From positions 4,086 through 68,085 of the forward strand of contig DHQC01000003.1 of NCBI GenBank assembly GCA_002411005.1: a stretch of DNA of 64,000 bases. The letters run 5' to 3'. The notes beneath the pieces are model-generated. The model did not search any database and was not told the origin of the DNA. It saw only the letters and a list, made by a program, of their open reading frames with translations. Shown here piece after piece: positions 38,067 to 48,286 of this stretch; the stretch's first letter is position 1, and each line of letters starts with the position of its first letter. Origin of the DNA: Bacillales bacterium UBA5348. GTDB lineage: Bacteria; Bacillota_I; Bacilli_A; RF39; UBA660. Both the position numbers and the translations under genes were made by a program.

Positions 38067-39278
38067 TTAGTTCATTAACTCTTTCATAACATTCTTGTAT
38101 TCTTCTACGCCCTCTTGATCAAAAGGATTAACGTTTTCTAGAAAACCACTTATATAACAAGATATCATAAAGAATTGGAATAAATAACCTACTAATTCTT
38201 CATTTAATTCTTGAATATTAATAACATTGTTTAAAACTCCACCCTTTAAATGAGCTATTGATGTTGCTTTAGAGGCAATATTATTTATATCATTTAGAGA
38301 TTTTTTATATTGTTCTAATTCAAGGTCGTTATTAGATCGTTCAACATTTAAGACCGTTTCAAACAGTATTTTATTTCCTTGTTGAACAAATTGTCCTAAT
38401 GAATGTAAATCTCTTGTATTGATAAATGATACTGGTAAAATACCTTGTTCATTTTTACCTAAAGATTCACCATATAATTGTTTTAACCATTCAGTAAAAG
38501 CATATAACTTTGGTTCATAAGCAACATAAGCTTCAACTGTTTTTCCTTGCTCATTTATAAGTTTTCTAATTACAGCATATTTAATTTGATTGTCAAGATT
38601 ATTACTAGCCTCTTTAGCGCCCTTATAAATATTTCTTATATTAATATTAGAAACAGCCATCGGTAACAAACCAACAGGAGATAAAACAGAGTATCTGCCT
38701 CCTATATCACTTGGCATAATAAATGATTTGTATCCATGGATATTTACTTCTTCTCTTAAAGAACCATTATGTTCATCAGTTGTAATAATAATTCTTTTCT
38801 TTAACTCAGATTCATCATATTTTTCTTTCATTAAATCCATAATGATTTTATATGACACTAAAGTTTCTAAAGTAGAACCAGACTTTGATATAACATTAAC
38901 GATTATACGCTTGTCTTTTATAATATTGATTAAATCATGATAATAATCACTAGATAAATTATTTCCTACGAAATATATTTTAGGATTATTTGTTTCATTA
39001 TAGAAATAAGGATTTAAAGCTTCTATACCTGCTAAAGCACCTAAATAAGAACCACCTATTCCTATCACGATAAATACATCACAATTATTACGAACAAATA
39101 AAGAGGTCAAATTAATATCTTCAACTAATTCTTCATTAAAAAGGTTGTCAAGATTATACCAACCTAACATATCACCTTTTCCTAATGAATCTTTTATTGA
39201 GGATACTTTAGCTGTATATTCTTTTAGTTGATCCTCACTTATGAAATCTTTGGTATAAGTATCAAAATCAAATCTCAT
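38067..39278 (-). CDS. pgi: Glucose-6-phosphate isomerase
   Basis: 403 aa. PGI family signatures (GIGGSYLG, SKSGSTLET). Its start ATG overlaps the stop of the upstream giant gene (TAATGA). Confidence 0.85.
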   Translation of the reverse strand: MRFDFDTYTKDFISEDQLKEYTAKVSSIKDSLGKGDMLGWYNLDNLFNEELVEDINLTSLFVRNNCDVFIVIGIGGSYLGALAGIEALNPYFYNETNNPKIYFVGNNLSSDYYHDLINIIKDKRIIVNVISKSGSTLETLVSYKIIMDLMKEKYDESELKKRIIITTDEHNGSLREEVNIHGYKSFIMPSDIGGRYSVLSPVGLLPMAVSNINIRNIYKGAKEASNNLDNQIKYAVIRKLINEQGKTVEAYVAYEPKLYAFTEWLKQLYGESLGKNEQGILPVSFINTRDLHSLGQFVQQGNKILFETVLNVERSNNDLELEQYKKSLNDINNIASKATSIAHLKGGVLNNVINIQELNEELVGYLFQFFMISCYISGFLENVNPFDQEGVEEYKNVMKELMN

Positions 39279-42200
39279 TATACATCCTCCTTCATGGTAA
39301 TGATAACACGATGTTCTTTTTTATCATCCACTAACTTAATTACATTATCTTTTACTGGCATATTATCTAATACAACAGCTATTTTACCACTTGCAATATG
39401 ATTTTTGTTTTCTACTTTAATTATATATTTAGTATTTAAATAAGTATAGTTGATTTCATAACCCTCCCAATCTTTATTTATTCTTGGATTTAAGGTTAAA
39501 GTATCTCCTACTTTATTAAATCCTAAAATATCTTCAAGACCAATTTTATAAGCCCAACTAGCAGAACCTGTATACCATGTCCAGCCACCTCTACCTAAGT
39601 GATCGCGGTTAGAATATATATCAGCAGCGATAACATAAGGTTCAACCTTATAAACATCCGCTACAACCTTAGATGATACCCTATTAATCGGATTAATCAT
39701 TTGGTAGTATTCATAAGCAAGATCTGCCTTACCATCTTTTAAGAGAGCTAAAATATACCATAAGGCAGCATGCGTATATTGTCCACCATTTTCCCTCGTA
39801 CCAGCAACATAATCTTTTATATAACCAGGATTATTGTTAGTATCTTTAAATGCTGGAGTTAACAGTTTTATTATTTTATTTTGTTTATCTACTAATCTTT
39901 TCTCTACCTCACCAAACAAAAGAGCTTTTTTATCATCTGCGGCAAAATTACTAATGACACTCCATGATTGACATAATAAATCTATTTGACATTCCAAATT
40001 ATTTCTTGAACCAAGAGAATCACCATTATCAAAGTAGGCTCTTAAATACCATGAACCATCCCAAGCATTCTTCTTTAAGGCTTCGCCTAAAACATCTCTT
40101 TTTTCCAAACATAACTTTGCAAAATCTTTATCATTATATTTTCTAGAAATAGCAGATACTTTTTGTAAGATATCATATAAGAAGAAACCAACAAAGACAC
40201 TCTCTCCTCTTCCTTTATGACCAACTCTATTCATTCCATCATTCCAGTCACCACTACCCATTAATGGTAAACCATGTCTTCCCATTTGACTTAAAGCTTT
40301 CACAATTGATAACTTCAAATGACCATATAGTGTGTCCTCTTCATCAATATATCTATATCTGATACCCTTTTCAGATTCTATGATAGTTAGTTTTTCACCA
40401 TCAACAAATGGTACTTTTTCATCTAAGATAGAAAAGTCACCCGTTACTTTTAAATATTCATAAGTAACATAAACTAACCATAAATAGTCATCAGTGAATT
40501 TAGTTCTTGAACCAAACATAATTTCTTCATGCCACCAGTGAAGGACATCTCCCTCTTTAAATTGATGTTTAGCATGAGTTAATATTTGATTTCTAGTAAA
40601 AGATGGATCACTGTAGACTACTCCCATAACATCCTGTAATTGATCTCTAAAGCCTATCGCACCACCTACTTGATAGAAGCCCGCTTTCGCTAATAACCTT
40701 GATGCATATGTTTGATATAAAGCCCAACCATTTAGAGCATAATCAAATGTTTTATCTGGGGTTGAAACAGTAATGGTTGATAATAATTTATCCCAATACT
40801 TAGTTACTGTTAAAAACTCATTATTGATTGCTTCATTATTATATTTTTTAAGTGATGCAGAAACATTATCACAACCAAGCATAAATGAGAATGTTTTGTT
40901 TGAGGATGCCTCTACTTCAACATTTACAGTTACACTTTTATTAATAATATCAGAATCATTAAACTCAATAATTGGTTCTGTCGCAGATACAAAGACACTT
41001 GCATCATTAAAGGTTGTATTATATTTATTCTCTACATATAAACAATTATTCTTTTTATCAAAACTAGAAGATATAAAACGACTAGTAAGTTCTTCCGTAA
41101 CACCTAACACCATACTTAAGACTAAATCAACTTTAATCATTTGTTTTGTTTTTAAATTGTTTTTAATGTTTATTTCATAGAATTTAACATTATCATTACG
41201 TGCTACAAAGACTTTAACAAAGGCTTCATATTCTTTTGTTTTGCTGTAGAATGTTGAATATCCAAAACCATGTTTAACTAAACTAGGTTTAAAGCTTTGA
41301 TTATTTATAACGATGTTTTCACTACGGGGATCCCTCGTTGAGTCATTACTCCATGAGGTTAGTTTAAACTCTCTACTATTATAAGCATAAGTAAAACCAC
41401 CCATATTATTACTTACAATGGTTCCAAAATTATCATTCGCGATAACATTAACCCAAGGTGTTGGAGTGTCTATTTTATCAAGTATATATTCTCTACCGAC
41501 ATTAGTAAAACCACCATAACCATTATATAATTCTACATCCTTAGGTAATGCTACTTCTAAACTAACAGCATCTTCATTCTTATTTGAAATAAGTTTAACC
41601 TCATCAATCAGATTATAAGTTTGTTCTGCAAATGAACTACTACTTGAAGCATTTAAAGAAATAGATGCTACTAAGTTTAATAAGACACGTTCTTCTTTGC
41701 TTATATTTGAAGAAGATACTAAGAAGACATCACCAGGTATACCCTCAAAATTATTTGAATTATTAATTTGATATAACAACAAATTAATATGCTCACTAAT
41801 AGCCTTTTCATTAATATCTTGATTATTATTAATAATAATAAAATCAATCGCAAGGGCTCTTACTTTGTAAAACTCATATGCTTGTAAAGCCTCTTTCACA
41901 AAACCAATATCTTCAATCTCATCAATCTCTATTAAAATAATCGGCCAATCACCTGATATACCAAACTTCCATAATCCCTCTTGTGATAATTGATTTGACG
42001 CAAGTAGCTTCTTTCTTTCTTCAGTTGATGGTAATGATTGGAAAATATATTTTAACATCGTATTATATAAACGCATTTGATTAGCATTTAAATTAGCATA
42101 TTTAGTTCTAATATTATTTAAAACAGTTGCCATATCAAATGCTCTATCAATTGAGAACTCATCTTTATATTCATTTACAATTTCCATAACTTGTTCTCTT

Positions 42201-45200
42201 GATTTACCAAAACCAACAAGTATATAAAGTTTTACTTTTTCTTTAGCTTTAATCGTTATTCTTTTTCTAATACTCATTATTGGATCAAGTGACGCTCCTG
42301 TTAATTTAGATAAATCCTTTTTGTTAACTATAAGATCAGGATTTGATAATGTTCTATTACGACCAATAAAGTTCGCTCTAGAAGTTTCATAAAGAAATGA
42401 ATCATATTTTTCATCTTCCATAAACATTCTATTAATTACATAATATCTAGTATTTCCTTTTGTTCTAGATTTTCTACTAAAGATTAATGATGATGTACCC
42501 TGATCAATCTCACTTAAAATAGTTAAGCCATTAAATGCTCTATGAGCAACATCTTCATCATTACGACTCATAATAACTTCACCATAAGAAGTAACTTCTA
42601 ATGTAACATCATTATTTGAATTGTTTTGAAAGGTTACTTTTCTTAATTCAGCATTATAATCTTTTACAACCGTAATTTCCGTACTAGTTATAATATTATC
42701 ATCTTCTCTTAGATATTTAATACGGTCTGAAGCGAAAGTTACCTTATAATTATTTGGTTTAACATTTAAAGGAGCATAGGTATTAGACCACACTTTATTA
42801 TTATTAAGATTTCTAATATATAAGAATAAACCATAGTCATCATCACTGACTTTCCTAAATCTATTTATTTGAAGATTCTTATATTTACTAAAACCATTAC
42901 CTCGATCATTTAATAAAACTGAATAAAAACCATTTGATAAAACACCAAGTTCAGATATTTGATTTATAGTATCTACTTCTCGCATATCATTTTCTTGTTT
43001 TTCTTTTGAATATTGATATTTTTTATATTTAGCAATCTTCAAATCAATATAAGTTTTAATTTGAACTTTTTCTTTAAGAAGCATCTCAATAGATTGAACA
43101 GTCTTATCATCGTGGAAATGTTCTTGTATAACATTATCTTTCAAATAATTAGTAAGACTTGCTAAAATCATACCTTGATGATGAGCATAATAATTTTTAA
43201 TAACAACATCATCATCGTAATCATAAGCTTCAAAGAAGCCATATTTTCCATACATATTTAGTTTCTTTAGTTTGTTTATATTATCATATACTTCTCTATC
43301 ATCAATCCCAATAGCCATGATTGAACTATATGGAGATATAACAATAGGATAAGAAGCACTCTCTTGAAATTTTAAATATGGAATACCAAATGAATTATAT
43401 TTATAGTTTTGAGAATCATCTAATTCATTATAAGCAGATTCTGATATACCCCAAGGTAGATCTGGATCTATTTCTCTAATAAACTCTCTCTGAGCAAAAT
43501 AAGCATAGTAATAGGTTTCATCTAACAAAGTATGTTGATAAGTCTTCATAAAGATTAACGGCATAAAGTATTCAAAAGCAGTTCCAGACCAAGAAGCTAC
43601 ACCTTTATAACGTTTATACTTAGTTAAAGCTTTGTCTAAACAAAACCAATGTTTATATGGGACATTTCCCTTCGCAATAGAAATAAAACTTGTAAGTCTA
43701 GCTTCTGATGCAAAATTATTATAATGATATGAAAGCAATGTTTGTTCACTATAATTATAACCAATACTAAAGACGTCTAAATCTTTATTATATAATTTAG
43801 TGAAATCCATTTCTTCGATTAACTTTTCAACACGAAACAAAGTCTCCCTATTTCCTTGTTTTTCTAAGAAACTCTTAGCAACATATAAGCACGCTAATAA
43901 ATTACCCGTATCGACGGTTGATATAAAATATGGATGCATTTTTCTCATTGTATAAATGTTATACCAGTTATATAAAAGACCATTCCATTTTTCTAACTTT
44001 TCAACGCTTTTTACAATATTACTAATCATTGTCACAGCTTTATTACTATTTATTAAACCTAACTCAAAGACCGATACAACACTAACGATAGAGAATCCTA
44101 TATTAGTAGGAGATGTTTTATGATCGACCTTTTCTTCTCTGTTTAATTGATAATTGTCAGGAATTAAATAATTATATTCTTCACAAATTAAATCATCAAA
44201 ATAACTCCATGTTTGTGTAGCAACATTCATTATCTCAGCTGTTTCTCTCTTATCAAGATCTTTGTTATCCTCTACTAAATTACGACTAATTAAGAACAGT
44301 AAAACAGGAGCTAAAAACCAAATAATTGCAATAACACAAGCAAGTTCAATCTCAGTAGGTTTAAAGATAACTGCTAAAACAATTAATAAGACAGCACAAA
44401 GATAATTTGTTCTAAAAGCTTTCATATATGTAGATAAATTATTTTTAAGTGTCTTTTCAACCTCTTCAGCTGTAATCCAATTAAGTAATCTCTTTTTACT
44501 TATAAACATACGATATAAAGCTTTTATAATCGAATCAATATATAAATAAGCTTCATAAGGAAGAACTGCTAAAACAATTAAAGATTTATTTATAACAGCA
44601 AAAACACCCTTTATTAAATTAAGATAATACTTTAAGAACATATCATATTTATTTCGATATAAAATCTTGGAAATTAAGTAGAAGAAGATTGGAATCATAA
44701 TTATGATTGATACTAAAATTAAATAAGCAGAAGCATTACCATTGCCAATCGTAAAACCATAGAAAATAAGTAACAGTAAGAAAGGACTTAATAAACTTCT
44801 TCTTAAATTATCAAAGATCTTCCATTTAGAAAGAATTGATATAGGATTATTAACAGTTTCTCCCTTAGCATTTTTAACTTTTTTCTTAAGCCAACCAATT
44901 ATTTGCCAGTCTCCTCTATTCCAACGATGATGTCTTGAAGCATCATTTAAATAAGCGCTTGGATAATCATCAAATAATTCGACATCATTAATAAAGCCAC
45001 ATCTTAAATAATTACCCTCTAATAAGTCATGACTTAAAATAAGATTGTTAGGAAAAGCATCACCTAAGACTTGATCAAAGACCTCTAAATCATAAATACC
45101 TTTACCAACAAAACTACCCTCATTAAAGATATCTTGATATAAATCAAATGACGCTGTGGTATATATATCTAAACCACCTAAACCAGCAAATAATTGAGAA

Positions 45201-46975
45201 TATTTTGATTTACTAGTAACCTCAACATCGACATTAATTCTGGTTTGCATAATCCCATAACCACTTACAACCTTGTCTTTCTCTTCAGATAAAACAGGTC
45301 TATTAAGAGGATGAGCCATCGCACCAATCAATTTAAAGGCCGTATTTAGTACTAATTTAGTATCTGTATCTAATGTTATAACATACTTAATAGGAACATT
45401 AAGATTACTAAAAGTATGACAATTAAAATATTCTTTCTTTTCTTTATCCGTTAATTTATTTAATAACAATTTATTAAAATGATGAAGAGCTCCTCTTTTT
45501 CTTTCAAAACCCAAGAAACATTCTTCACCCTCATTATAAAAACGATTACGATAAACAAAATAGAAAATATTCTTACCATATTTCTCATTTAATTCACTAA
45601 CTTTAGAAAGCCCAGCCTCGATGATTTCTTTATCTACTTCAACATCTTTAACCTTCTCACTCGTACAGTCTCCTAGTAAGGTAAAATAAAGATTATCTGT
45701 TTTATTAGATAAATAATAAAGCTCTAAACTATCAAACATTTGTTGTACTTTCTTTTTATTACTAAGAAGCGTTGGTATTACAACCATCGTACTAAATTCC
45801 TTAGGCAAGCCATCATCAAACTTCACTTTAAATAAGCTGTTAACATTATCATAATGCATTAATATTTGAGTAATAGATTCAATAACTAAGCCACTAATAG
45901 GTACTAATAAAATAAAGAATGATATCATACCCGCATGTTTTGCAATCTCAAACGATAAAATGAAAGTTAATAATAAAATAACTAAAATATAGATTCTAGC
46001 TCTAAACATATAATTCTTTGGTTTGGATAAATACCAACCTACATGTTGTTTCTCTTTATTAGCAGTTTCTACAATCTCTTTAGTATATTCATATTCACTT
46101 ATGTTTCTTTTTCTAGCATTTAAGATTATTTTTTCGCGATATTCTCTCTTACTATTATCAAAGATATTATTATAAACATTAGCATTTTCACTTATCAAAG
46201 TCTTTTCTGCATAATTTGTATTTTTATATAAATCTTCAATCTTATATTTAGAAACTTTCTTTAATGAACCAAATAAATTAATCATTAAAAAGTTATCACT
46301 AGCCATTTCATTATGTGACTGTTCAATTAACTCTCTTAATGATAAATTTTCCTTTTTTAATAATTCATTTAATTTAACAAAGGCTGCATCAGCTAAAACA
46401 CCTAATTCTTTTAATTTATAATTAAGTTCTTCAATATAATAAGGATGTTTTATCATTTCCTCATCGATATCTATGTATTTTTCTAATTCAAAAGATTCAT
46501 CACCTATGTTATTCGCAACCACAGTAAAAAGATGATCAACATCAGCTTTTTCATTTAGTCTCTCATCTAATCTTTTACATAATACATTTAATTCAGAAAT
46601 TAATACCACTTTTATATAAGTATATATTACATTGATTTCATAATAAGAAAAATAATCTTTTGTTTCTTCTTGATAAATATTTAATTTATCTATTAAAGAT
46701 GGCATTTTAACTTGAAAATCATTAGTCTTAAGAATGTTATATATTAAAGCATATAGCGCTTTCTTTCTTTTACCTTTCATTTGTTTCATTACTTTGCTAA
46801 GATATTCATCACTAATATTTTTTTCTTGTTCACTAATTATATAATAATTATCAATAAGCCATTCATTAATACCACCAATACTTACATTTTCTTTGGTCTT
46901 CCTTATTAACTTTTTATAATATTCGGTAATTTCTCGCATTTCTCTTTTAAAATTTATTAATCCCACTCTACTCAT
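39278..46975 (-). CDS. Giant multidomain glycosyltransferase-glycoside phosphorylase (GT84-like + GH94-like); cyclic beta-1,2-glucan synthase (Cgs/NdvB/ChvB)-like
   Basis: 2565 aa. N-terminal cytoplasmic region, TM cluster, a GT domain with DxD (ITLDTDTKL) and a (Q)xxRW-like RHHRWNRGDWQ motif, a second TM cluster, a central (alpha/alpha)6-like region, and a C-terminal GH94-type domain (HWWHEE..., GQYTHAALWY, GRGGWTWYTGSASW). Confidence 0.6.
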   Translation of the reverse strand: MSRVGLINFKREMREITEYYKKLIRKTKENVSIGGINEWLIDNYYIISEQEKNISDEYLSKVMKQMKGKRKKALYALIYNILKTNDFQVKMPSLIDKLNIYQEETKDYFSYYEINVIYTYIKVVLISELNVLCKRLDERLNEKADVDHLFTVVANNIGDESFELEKYIDIDEEMIKHPYYIEELNYKLKELGVLADAAFVKLNELLKKENLSLRELIEQSHNEMASDNFLMINLFGSLKKVSKYKIEDLYKNTNYAEKTLISENANVYNNIFDNSKREYREKIILNARKRNISEYEYTKEIVETANKEKQHVGWYLSKPKNYMFRARIYILVILLLTFILSFEIAKHAGMISFFILLVPISGLVIESITQILMHYDNVNSLFKVKFDDGLPKEFSTMVVIPTLLSNKKKVQQMFDSLELYYLSNKTDNLYFTLLGDCTSEKVKDVEVDKEIIEAGLSKVSELNEKYGKNIFYFVYRNRFYNEGEECFLGFERKRGALHHFNKLLLNKLTDKEKKEYFNCHTFSNLNVPIKYVITLDTDTKLVLNTAFKLIGAMAHPLNRPVLSEEKDKVVSGYGIMQTRINVDVEVTSKSKYSQLFAGLGGLDIYTTASFDLYQDIFNEGSFVGKGIYDLEVFDQVLGDAFPNNLILSHDLLEGNYLRCGFINDVELFDDYPSAYLNDASRHHRWNRGDWQIIGWLKKKVKNAKGETVNNPISILSKWKIFDNLRRSLLSPFLLLLIFYGFTIGNGNASAYLILVSIIIMIPIFFYLISKILYRNKYDMFLKYYLNLIKGVFAVINKSLIVLAVLPYEAYLYIDSIIKALYRMFISKKRLLNWITAEEVEKTLKNNLSTYMKAFRTNYLCAVLLIVLAVIFKPTEIELACVIAIIWFLAPVLLFLISRNLVEDNKDLDKRETAEIMNVATQTWSYFDDLICEEYNYLIPDNYQLNREEKVDHKTSPTNIGFSIVSVVSVFELGLINSNKAVTMISNIVKSVEKLEKWNGLLYNWYNIYTMRKMHPYFISTVDTGNLLACLYVAKSFLEKQGNRETLFRVEKLIEEMDFTKLYNKDLDVFSIGYNYSEQTLLSYHYNNFASEARLTSFISIAKGNVPYKHWFCLDKALTKYKRYKGVASWSGTAFEYFMPLIFMKTYQHTLLDETYYYAYFAQREFIREIDPDLPWGISESAYNELDDSQNYKYNSFGIPYLKFQESASYPIVISPYSSIMAIGIDDREVYDNINKLKKLNMYGKYGFFEAYDYDDDVVIKNYYAHHQGMILASLTNYLKDNVIQEHFHDDKTVQSIEMLLKEKVQIKTYIDLKIAKYKKYQYSKEKQENDMREVDTINQISELGVLSNGFYSVLLNDRGNGFSKYKNLQINRFRKVSDDDYGLFLYIRNLNNNKVWSNTYAPLNVKPNNYKVTFASDRIKYLREDDNIITSTEITVVKDYNAELRKVTFQNNSNNDVTLEVTSYGEVIMSRNDEDVAHRAFNGLTILSEIDQGTSSLIFSRKSRTKGNTRYYVINRMFMEDEKYDSFLYETSRANFIGRNRTLSNPDLIVNKKDLSKLTGASLDPIMSIRKRITIKAKEKVKLYILVGFGKSREQVMEIVNEYKDEFSIDRAFDMATVLNNIRTKYANLNANQMRLYNTMLKYIFQSLPSTEERKKLLASNQLSQEGLWKFGISGDWPIILIEIDEIEDIGFVKEALQAYEFYKVRALAIDFIIINNNQDINEKAISEHINLLLYQINNSNNFEGIPGDVFLVSSSNISKEERVLLNLVASISLNASSSSSFAEQTYNLIDEVKLISNKNEDAVSLEVALPKDVELYNGYGGFTNVGREYILDKIDTPTPWVNVIANDNFGTIVSNNMGGFTYAYNSREFKLTSWSNDSTRDPRSENIVINNQSFKPSLVKHGFGYSTFYSKTKEYEAFVKVFVARNDNVKFYEINIKNNLKTKQMIKVDLVLSMVLGVTEELTSRFISSSFDKKNNCLYVENKYNTTFNDASVFVSATEPIIEFNDSDIINKSVTVNVEVEASSNKTFSFMLGCDNVSASLKKYNNEAINNEFLTVTKYWDKLLSTITVSTPDKTFDYALNGWALYQTYASRLLAKAGFYQVGGAIGFRDQLQDVMGVVYSDPSFTRNQILTHAKHQFKEGDVLHWWHEEIMFGSRTKFTDDYLWLVYVTYEYLKVTGDFSILDEKVPFVDGEKLTIIESEKGIRYRYIDEEDTLYGHLKLSIVKALSQMGRHGLPLMGSGDWNDGMNRVGHKGRGESVFVGFFLYDILQKVSAISRKYNDKDFAKLCLEKRDVLGEALKKNAWDGSWYLRAYFDNGDSLGSRNNLECQIDLLCQSWSVISNFAADDKKALLFGEVEKRLVDKQNKIIKLLTPAFKDTNNNPGYIKDYVAGTRENGGQYTHAALWYILALLKDGKADLAYEYYQMINPINRVSSKVVADVYKVEPYVIAADIYSNRDHLGRGGWTWYTGSASWAYKIGLEDILGFNKVGDTLTLNPRINKDWEGYEINYTYLNTKYIIKVENKNHIASGKIAVVLDNMPVKDNVIKLVDDKKEHRVIITMKEDV

Positions 46976-47066
46976 AATTACCTCCTTAGTATTTTTTATA
47001 CTTCTCTATTATACCATTCATTTGCTTAACCTTCAAATAAATAAACTACAGGTATAATTCACAGAA

Positions 47067-47348
47067 TTATCTTAATTTAAAAACTAGGTTTTCTTTTAAT
47101 ACTTTACTACGGCCAACTAATTCTTTATTATCCCACCCTATGCATTTACTGCCGTTATCACCAGTTTTTTCATAAGGTGGTATAGGACAACCCTCATTTA
47201 TACAATTAAGACAGTTTATGCCAAATAAAGCACGTTTAAGACTTCGATATTCAGTTATAGACAATTGAGCAGCTGCTTTCATGTAGAATTCACTTTCATC
47301 TTCAACAATATTTCTGATAATTTCAAGCAATTTCTTTTCCTTTGACAT
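47067..47348 (-). CDS. Small Cys-rich protein of unknown function (paralogue A)
   Basis: 93 aa, helical N-terminal half. The C-terminus reads GINCLNCINEGCPIPPYEKTGDNGSKCIGWDN...GRSKVL. It is 58% identical to paralogue B. Confidence 0.55.
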   Translation of the reverse strand: MSKEKKLLEIIRNIVEDESEFYMKAAAQLSITEYRSLKRALFGINCLNCINEGCPIPPYEKTGDNGSKCIGWDNKELVGRSKVLKENLVFKLR

Positions 47349-47418
47349 GTTTAAAAACCCTCCTAAGTTAATTACATTATAGCACGCAACTATATATTTG
47401 TGTAAATTTCAATTATCT

Positions 47419-47448
47419 AAAAGGACTGCAATTACTTGCAGTCCTTTT
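47419..47448 (-). terminator. Rho-independent terminator after Cys-rich paralogue B (overlaps its stop codon)
   Basis: A 12-bp stem aaaggactgcaa/ttgcagtccttt with loop ttac, in AT-rich flanks. Confidence 0.6.
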
Positions 47449-47728
47449 ATTTTAATTTTAATATATTTCTCTCTCTTAAAACCTTACTTCTTCCAACATA
47501 TTCTCTATTTTGCCAACCGATACAACCATCACCCGCATCACCATGTTTTTCATATGATGGTACTGTGCAACAGCCATTCGTACAGTTATAACATCTCATT
47601 CCAATTAAAGCTCTTTCTATATATTGATATTCTTCAATGGATAACTGATCCGCTACGGCTATATAGAACTTTCTTTCATTTTTAATAAGATTTCTAATAA
47701 TCTCAAGCAATTCTTTTTCCTTATACAT
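47447..47728 (-). CDS. Small Cys-rich protein of unknown function (paralogue B)
   Basis: 93 aa. MYKEKELLEIIRNL...GMRCYNCTNGCCTVPSYEKHGDAGDGCIGWQNREYVGRSKVL. Confidence 0.55.
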   Translation of the reverse strand: MYKEKELLEIIRNLIKNERKFYIAVADQLSIEEYQYIERALIGMRCYNCTNGCCTVPSYEKHGDAGDGCIGWQNREYVGRSKVLRERNILKLK

Positions 47729-47795
47729 ATCAAAACCTCCTATTTATTTTACATTATAACATATATATAAATTTCAAGTAAATTCTTAACCAACT

Positions 47796-47823
47796 AAAAA
47801 GACTGCAATCACTTGCAGTCTTT
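47796..47823 (-). terminator. Rho-independent terminator after the 124-aa membrane protein gene
   Basis: The aaagactgcaa-tcac-ttgcagtcttt hairpin is a near-copy of the 47419 terminator. Confidence 0.6.
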
Positions 47824-47839
47824 ATTAGTATCAATTAAA

Positions 47840-48214
47840 TTATTTCTTACTTTTTACTTTTTCATCTTTTTTATTAATAAAGAACATTACGCCACCAACA
47901 ATAAGCATGTTAGCTAAAGCTACATATAGAGATAAATACTTATAATAATCACTATTTTCATTAGATAATTTATAATTATCATATTCTAGTTTACAACGTT
48001 GATCTTTTGTTTCATCTGTTAAGTCTTTATCCTCCATATAATACTTACAATTAGCAATTTTATATTGCTCATATGTATAATTTCTACTTGGTTCCTTCAA
48101 TACCAATTCAATGATACTACTACTGACAACTACAGTAGCACCAATAAGCCAGATTAGTAAGATAGCATTAGTAATTTTAAAAATAATTTCCTTGTCTTTA
48201 CTAAATAAATACAT
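47840..48214 (-). CDS. Small two-TM membrane protein, unknown function
   Basis: 124 aa with two hydrophobic helices at residues ~15-40 and ~95-115, a charged loop and a basic tail. Confidence 0.45.
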   Translation of the reverse strand: MYLFSKDKEIIFKITNAILLIWLIGATVVVSSSIIELVLKEPSRNYTYEQYKIANCKYYMEDKDLTDETKDQRCKLEYDNYKLSNENSDYYKYLSLYVALANMLIVGGVMFFINKKDEKVKSKK

Positions 48215-48286
48215 TTATCTTCATCTCCTCTATTATCATTATATATGATAATTAATTTTTATACAATATGTTTCATTTATACAAAG

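Larger units (their letters stand above)
47349..47830. repeat. Tandem segmental duplication (~380-bp unit: small Cys-rich gene, upstream leader and terminator hairpin)
   Basis: The leader plus terminator 47350-47448 aligns with 47729-47825. The hairpins are near-identical (aaaaggactgcaattacttgcagtcctttt vs aaaaagactgcaatcacttgcagtcttt). Confidence 0.7.
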
